NCBI GenBank assembly: GCA_029881255.1 | Contig: JAOUMY010000005.1 | Span: forward strand, 66,479 to 130,478 | Reading direction: 5' to 3' | Length of the DNA: 64,000 nt | From: Gammaproteobacteria bacterium | GTDB taxonomy: Bacteria; Pseudomonadota; Gammaproteobacteria; S012-40 | Position numbers and translations under genes: made by a program | Notes under the pieces: model-generated | Databases searched by the model: none | The model's input: the letters and a program-made list of their open reading frames with translations, nothing else | Told to the model about the DNA's origin: nothing | Shown here: positions 58,900 to 64,000 of the stretch, one piece after another | Layout: every line of letters starts with the position of its first letter | Position numbering within the stretch: position 1 is the first letter of the stretch

Positions 58900-59142
58900 A
58901 TGAAACTTGTTGTTAAAACTTTACTCGCTGCCATGGCAGCACTGATGTTAACTTCTGCCTCTGTAGTATTCGCCAACGAAGACCAGGCCGCTGCCCAGGA
59001 AGCTTGTGCAGCAGAAGCCGAAAGCATGTCATTCGAAAGCGCCGAAGACCGTCAGGACTTCATGGCAGATTGCATGAGTGCTAACGGTGGCGTAGCCAAC
59101 ACCGAAGAAGCTGGTTCAAACGAAGCTACTGCTGCTAATTAA
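58900..59142 (+). CDS. Small exported acidic protein with a PsiF-like Cys motif
   Basis: GAGG RBS, signal peptide, CAAEA...RQDFMADC. Confidence 0.7.
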   Translation: MKLVVKTLLAAMAALMLTSASVVFANEDQAAAQEACAAEAESMSFESAEDRQDFMADCMSANGGVANTEEAGSNEATAAN

Positions 59143-59179
59143 TCGACTTAATTGAAAACCATTTTGACAGGTACGTTGT

Positions 59180-59344
59180 ATGAATACTCTCGATTATGAT
59201 TTTAACGCCGACGATGAAATCGATGACTTTGATTGTGATTCACCTAGTTGGGAATTTAAGCCAACTAGAGAAAAGATTTCTAGAAAAAGGCATCCCCAAG
59301 ACGATCAGACCTACTACGACGATTGGGCAAATAGCGAGAGTTAA
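59180..59344 (+). CDS. Small acidic hypothetical protein (54 aa)
   Basis: Manual translation MNTLDYDFNADDEIDDFDCDSPSWEFKPTREKISRKRHPQDDQTYYDDWANSES; AGGT upstream and a terminator downstream. Confidence 0.5.
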   Translation: MNTLDYDFNADDEIDDFDCDSPSWEFKPTREKISRKRHPQDDQTYYDDWANSES

Positions 59345-59380
59345 GATTTTCCTCAAGACGCACAACTGTTAGTGCCGTCG

Positions 59381-59411
59381 GGGCGCTCACTGTCTGGTGA
59401 TGCGCCCTTTT
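59381..59411 (+). terminator. Rho-independent terminator
   Basis: GGGCGC...GCGCCC stem followed by a T-tract. Confidence 0.7.
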
Positions 59412-59422
59412 TCATTTTTTCT

Positions 59423-59962
59423 CTATCGAGTCGGATCAGGTCTGTGCAGCTTCATGTCACTATTCTGCACAAAACTCTCCACCGTTAAATGGTCCATGAT
59501 GCGATCTATTTTCTGATGCAATAGCATGAGTTCGAGATCAGACTTCAGTGCGACTTCGTAACTGGCCTGTGTTTTAAGCCGGTCTTTTTGCGCCTGGCGA
59601 TTCTGAGACATCATGATGATCGGTGCCTGCAAGGCAGCCAAACTGGATAGCGCCAGATTAAGCAGAATATAGGGATAAGGATCGAAGGCCTCGTGAGTGG
59701 CGAGCATAACGGAGTTGATAATCATCCACGCCGCCATCACAAGGATAAAGCTAAATATAAACGTCCAGGAACCACCAAACGTCGCTACCTTGTCGGCTAA
59801 ACGCTGACCTAGCGTCTGTTCCTCAACAAATCGTTGGTTAATATTCTCCGCCACCGGCTCTGAATTGGCGATACTGGCAATGACCTTCTTCTCAGTCTTG
59901 GACAGTTCATCGTATTTCATGCCCAGCAAGGCCCTGGCCAGATTCTCGAAATATCTCAACAT
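59423..59962 (-). CDS. DUF1003 membrane protein
   Basis: FGGSWTFI, FDPYPYILLNL, QAPIIMMSQNRQ. Confidence 0.92.
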   Translation of the reverse strand: MLRYFENLARALLGMKYDELSKTEKKVIASIANSEPVAENINQRFVEEQTLGQRLADKVATFGGSWTFIFSFILVMAAWMIINSVMLATHEAFDPYPYILLNLALSSLAALQAPIIMMSQNRQAQKDRLKTQASYEVALKSDLELMLLHQKIDRIMDHLTVESFVQNSDMKLHRPDPTR

Positions 59963-60278
59963 GGCGAACTCCTGTCATATATGATTGGCCTAATTCTAGC
60001 CCGAAAAATGTAGTGCGCCTATATTGAAAGCAAATACTCGCCTTCGCGATCAAAGTAGAATCCGTCACTACGGCCATCAGGTAGCGTTTAGCGCTTATCT
60101 ACCATCATTCTACCGTTCAAAGCCTTATTTTCCGTATCGGAAAAAAGTATTGTTACAAGGCCCAGGTTCGCCGAACTTACAGCGCAATATTTTCTCATGT
60201 GCTAGGATTCCTACAGCGCTGATTTCAGAATCAGGCTGAAAGCTCGTTAGCCGCCAGCTCGTTTTCAGGTATATAAAA

Positions 60279-61595
60279 GTGACTTTTGAAAACCTACACG
60301 AATTATTCACTCAGTTTTCCACCGATGTTATAACTTGGGCAACGCGACCTGACGTATACGAGCAAGCTGGCTTGGCGTTGTTCGCTTTCGTGATCGCCTA
60401 TACGATATCTGCCTTTATACGATTTCGCGTTCCACTATTCAGAAACAAGCCGGCAGAAGGATATTTTTTCACCTTGCGTCACGTGGTGTACCAGAGCCGT
60501 GATTTATTGTTCCCGCTGATATTAGTTATTTCCTTATTCATCGCGACTGAAATCAGCGACGTTATGATCAAACACAGTTGGCTGGTGCGCATTGGTGAAG
60601 GAATCGCGATTATTTTGCTGATTTTTTCGCTGATATCACGCGCGGTCAACAACCTGTTTATACAGGTTTTGCTTAAGTACGTTGCCATACCAGTGGCCAT
60701 TCTTCAGATATTTGGCTGGCTGGACAATGTCGTCGCTTATCTTGAATCGCTATATATTGAAATCGGCAATATTAAAATTACCGCTTATGGCATTGTGCGG
60801 GTATTCATTTTCGGTGCGATACTCTTTTGGCTTGGTCGTTTATCTAATCAGTTCGGCCAGCGAGTCATACGTCAACAAGAGAAACTCGACCCGGGCACCC
60901 GCGAAGTGTTCTCCAAGCTCTACCAGGTTGCTCTGTTTGTCGCGATATTCATATTGTTACTCCAGATTATGGGTATCAATATTACTGCCTTAGCGGTGTT
61001 CGGCGGCGCGCTCGGTGTCGGGCTAGGTTTTGGCCTGCAATCAATCGCGTCCAATTTTATATCCGGTGTCATCCTGTTGTTAGATCGTTCCCTGGCCGTT
61101 GGCGACTATATTGAATTGGCAGACGGACGCAAAGGCACCATACGCGAACTCAATATGCGCTCTACCCTGCTGGAAACCTATGATGGCAAGGACATCATGG
61201 TGCCGAATGAACAATTTATTACGACGAGTTTCACCAACTGGACGCACAAAAACGCTAAGCAGCGCTATTCAATAGAACTGCAAGTTGCCTACGACACCGA
61301 TTTGCACAAACTTTTTCAAATATTGAAGGATGTCGTGTCATCGCACCCGAAAGTTATCAGCGGTGACGATGTGCCAATTGAAGAACGCCCCGATGCAGAG
61401 ATTGCAAAATTTGGCGAATCGGGTATCAACATACTGATTGAGTTCTGGATGCAAGGTATAGACGATGGCGAAAATCGTGTTGGCGGCGATTTGTTATTCA
61501 TGATTTGGGAAGCACTAAAAGCCAACCACATCCAAATCCCCTTCCCTCAACGTGAAGTGCGAATAGTCACGGTGGGAGAGAATTCAACAGCGTAA
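60279..61595 (+). CDS. MscS-family mechanosensitive channel
   Basis: GALGVGLGFGLQ...NFISG, VPN, IPFPQR. Confidence 0.93.
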   Translation: MTFENLHELFTQFSTDVITWATRPDVYEQAGLALFAFVIAYTISAFIRFRVPLFRNKPAEGYFFTLRHVVYQSRDLLFPLILVISLFIATEISDVMIKHSWLVRIGEGIAIILLIFSLISRAVNNLFIQVLLKYVAIPVAILQIFGWLDNVVAYLESLYIEIGNIKITAYGIVRVFIFGAILFWLGRLSNQFGQRVIRQQEKLDPGTREVFSKLYQVALFVAIFILLLQIMGINITALAVFGGALGVGLGFGLQSIASNFISGVILLLDRSLAVGDYIELADGRKGTIRELNMRSTLLETYDGKDIMVPNEQFITTSFTNWTHKNAKQRYSIELQVAYDTDLHKLFQILKDVVSSHPKVISGDDVPIEERPDAEIAKFGESGINILIEFWMQGIDDGENRVGGDLLFMIWEALKANHIQIPFPQREVRIVTVGENSTA

Positions 61596-61614
61596 GCTTG
61601 AGAGCGAGAAAACT

Positions 61615-62643
61615 ATGCGCAGATTCTTCTGTGATTGCGGTCAGGAAATTTTCCTGGAAAATCGTCACTGTACGCAATGCAATAATAGCCTGGGCTATGA
61701 ACCTTTTTCGGGTCAACTGTTAACCTTGTCCAACAGGGGAAAAAACTGGCACATTGCACGTTCCGGATTTATCGTAAAACCCTGTCACAACGGTATACAA
61801 CATGGCGTGTGCAATGCCTTGATCGACGTAAACGATCCGAATGAGTTGTGTCTGACCTGCCGCCTTAATCGTACCATTCCGGATCTCAGTAAAGAGGGTA
61901 ATCTGCGACGTTGGGGGAAACTGGAAGAAGCCAAGCGTCGTCTGGTTTATGGCCTGCTAAAATTCGGTCTACCACTGAATGCGCCTGTTGCTGGTTTTCC
62001 GCGCGGTCTGTGTTTTGATTTTTTGCAGGACAGGCGCACTGATCCTGACGCCACGCTTGAATATGTATCTACCGGACATTTCAACGGCGTCATTACCATT
62101 AATGTACTTGAGGCCGATGAGGTACAACGTGTATGGCAAAAAGAACAGAGTCATGAACGCTATCGCACCTTGCTCGGTCATCTAAGACACGAAGCCGGGC
62201 ACTACTACTATGAACTTCTGGTGACGGAAACGACGAGTTTTCAACGCCTGTTCGGCGATCCAGGTATTCCCTATGCGGATGCATTGAAACGTTTCTACGA
62301 GCAAGGTCCGCTTGATGGCTGGGAACAGAACCACATTAGTGCCTATGCCAGCGCCCATCCATTGGAAGACTGGGCGGAGTGTTTTGCGCATTACCTGCAC
62401 ATGACCGACACTATCGAAACTGCATCATCACGCGGCGCTATTGCTCCACTCAATGGCAACGAATGTTTCGAAGATTTGTTGAATATATGGGATGGTCTTG
62501 CGGTGACACTGAATGAGTTGAATCGCAGCCTCGGACTCGCCGATGCCTATCCTTTTGTCATTACGCCTGGAATTGCAGACAAACTGCATTTTATCAATGA
62601 TTCGATCATCACACTCGGTCAGAACTTCAGTCAACCGGCCTGA
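61615..62643 (+). CDS. Zinc-ribbon + putative zinc metallopeptidase (DUF2248-type)
   Basis: CxC..CxxC N-terminus, [30 protein letters not shown]. Confidence 0.9.
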   Translation: MRRFFCDCGQEIFLENRHCTQCNNSLGYEPFSGQLLTLSNRGKNWHIARSGFIVKPCHNGIQHGVCNALIDVNDPNELCLTCRLNRTIPDLSKEGNLRRWGKLEEAKRRLVYGLLKFGLPLNAPVAGFPRGLCFDFLQDRRTDPDATLEYVSTGHFNGVITINVLEADEVQRVWQKEQSHERYRTLLGHLRHEAGHYYYELLVTETTSFQRLFGDPGIPYADALKRFYEQGPLDGWEQNHISAYASAHPLEDWAECFAHYLHMTDTIETASSRGAIAPLNGNECFEDLLNIWDGLAVTLNELNRSLGLADAYPFVITPGIADKLHFINDSIITLGQNFSQPA

Positions 62644-64000
62644 AACGTAAATCGAGCGTACAAGGAAAATTGGGATTGGCTCGCTCTTCTCTCACGGATA
62701 ACGTACCTGTGGTATGACCATGACTCCAAAAGCGTGAGATACGACGCGCTTCCGCTTCGTACGCATTCACAGGCAAGGTTTCGTAATTACGTCCGCTGGG
62801 ATGCGCCACATGATAGGTACAACCGCCTATGCTCTTCCGATTGGCCAGATCCACAATATCAAATCGCAATGGCGCATCGGTAGGCAAACGCGGGTGTAAT
62901 CCGAATACCGGTTGCCAGGCCTTAAAACGTACGCCGCCAACATACTCCCCAGTAACATCGGTCGATTGCAAAGGTACTCGTCTACCATTGCAACACAAAG
63001 CGTAGCGCTCGGGATTAAAATTTCGCAGACTGAGCTGCACGCGTTCCACCGATGAGTCCACGAATCGCGCCGTGCCTTGCGAAGTAACCTCTTCGCCGAG
63101 CACATTCCAGGGCTCGATCGCCCCGCGCAATTCAAAATGCATGGTTTGTACGTGTATCTCGCCGAAGTGGGGAAAGCGAAATTCGAAAAACGGTTCAAAC
63201 CACTCAGCGTCGAAGGAATAACCCGCCTGCGCCAGATCGTCTAACACCTGCCGGAAATCCTGTTTTACATAAAACGGCAGCATAAACCTGTCGTGCAGTG
63301 CAGTACCCCAACGCGCTGGTCGTCCGTGATAGGGATTGCGCCAGAAGGTGGCAATCAAGGCACGCAGCAATAACATCTGCACAACGCTCATGCGCCAATG
63401 CGGCGGCATTTCAAAGCCGCGAAACTCTAACAAACCCTGTCGACCAGCAGGCCCGGCCGGGTTGTAAAGTTTATCGATACAAAATTCGGCACGATGCGTA
63501 TTGCCGGTTATGTCTACCAATAGATTGCGAAACAGGCGGTCCACCAACCACGGCTCGGTACTTTCTCCAGGCACCACCTGCTGCAAGGCAATTTCCAATT
63601 CATACAAAGCATCGTTGCGCGCTTCATCGATACGCGGTGCCTGAGAAGTCGGCCCAATAAACAGACCAGAAAACAAATATGACAAAGCAGGATGATGTTG
63701 CCAGTACAAAATCAGGCTGGCGAGTAAATCGGGACGACGCAGGAAAGGACTATCTGACGCCCGCTGTGCGCCGAACGTAACATGGTTGCCACCACCGGTG
63801 CCAATGTGACGCCCGTCCAGCATAAACTTTTCACTACCCAGCCGAGTCTGTCGCGCTTCCTCGTAAAGTGTTTCGGTATTGCTTACCAGATCACGCCAGT
63901 CACGACTCGGATGTATATTTACTTCAATGACGCCGGGGTCCGGCGTTACTGCCAACTTACGTATACGCGCGTCCGCCGGTGGCTCGTAACCTTCTATGTC
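62627..64000 (-). CDS. DUF2126 / transglutaminase-family protein, 3' part; begins beyond the right edge
   Basis: [52 protein letters not shown]; frame open to the window edge. Confidence 0.9.
   Translation of the reverse strand, partial: DIEGYEPPADARIRKLAVTPDPGVIEVNIHPSRDWRDLVSNTETLYEEARQTRLGSEKFMLDGRHIGTGGGNHVTFGAQRASDSPFLRRPDLLASLILYWQHHPALSYLFSGLFIGPTSQAPRIDEARNDALYELEIALQQVVPGESTEPWLVDRLFRNLLVDITGNTHRAEFCIDKLYNPAGPAGRQGLLEFRGFEMPPHWRMSVVQMLLLRALIATFWRNPYHGRPARWGTALHDRFMLPFYVKQDFRQVLDDLAQAGYSFDAEWFEPFFEFRFPHFGEIHVQTMHFELRGAIEPWNVLGEEVTSQGTARFVDSSVERVQLSLRNFNPERYALCCNGRRVPLQSTDVTGEYVGGVRFKAWQPVFGLHPRLPTDAPLRFDIVDLANRKSIGGCTYHVAHPSGRNYETLPVNAYEAEARRISRFWSHGHTTGTLSVREERANPNFPCTLDLRFRPVD

Overview
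Gammaproteobacterial-looking chromosomal window with ordinary genes at both ends. The left end (1-8.4 kb) holds a partial penicillin-acylase-family gene, an RRM protein, an MDR oxidoreductase, bcp, a dsbB/dsbA-like pair and a sensor kinase. The right end (48.6-64 kb) holds a hybrid kinase, AraC/LysR/PadR regulators, hdfR-like, mscS-like and DUF2248/DUF2126 genes. Between them is a roughly 35-kb conflict hotspot (about 8.4-43.5 kb) with no integrase or transposase in view. It contains (i) intact and decayed toxin-antitoxin genes (VapBC, MNT-HepT, RhuM, XRE/ImmA-PIN, AbiF with its upstream RNA hairpin, Fic, CcdAB); (ii) a type I restriction-modification operon carrying AT-rich cargo: a translationally coupled calcineurin-like phosphoesterase plus HSP90-like ATPase pair, an SF2 helicase-nuclease preceded by a duplicated hsdM 5' end, and a PD-(D/E)XK nuclease; and (iii) an array at 28.7-35.0 kb of four diverged two-gene cassettes, each pairing a PsbP/Mog1-like exported protein with a ~110-aa leaderless helical protein carrying a C...G(W/F)L...C pattern. 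That array is the strongest candidate for an undescribed polymorphic toxin-immunity system. The hotspot also shows a four-fold repeated promoter plus palindrome module, a ~25-bp REP-like motif at cassette junctions, and many short duplicates of its own genes. All family calls come from motif recognition by eye; no database searches were run.
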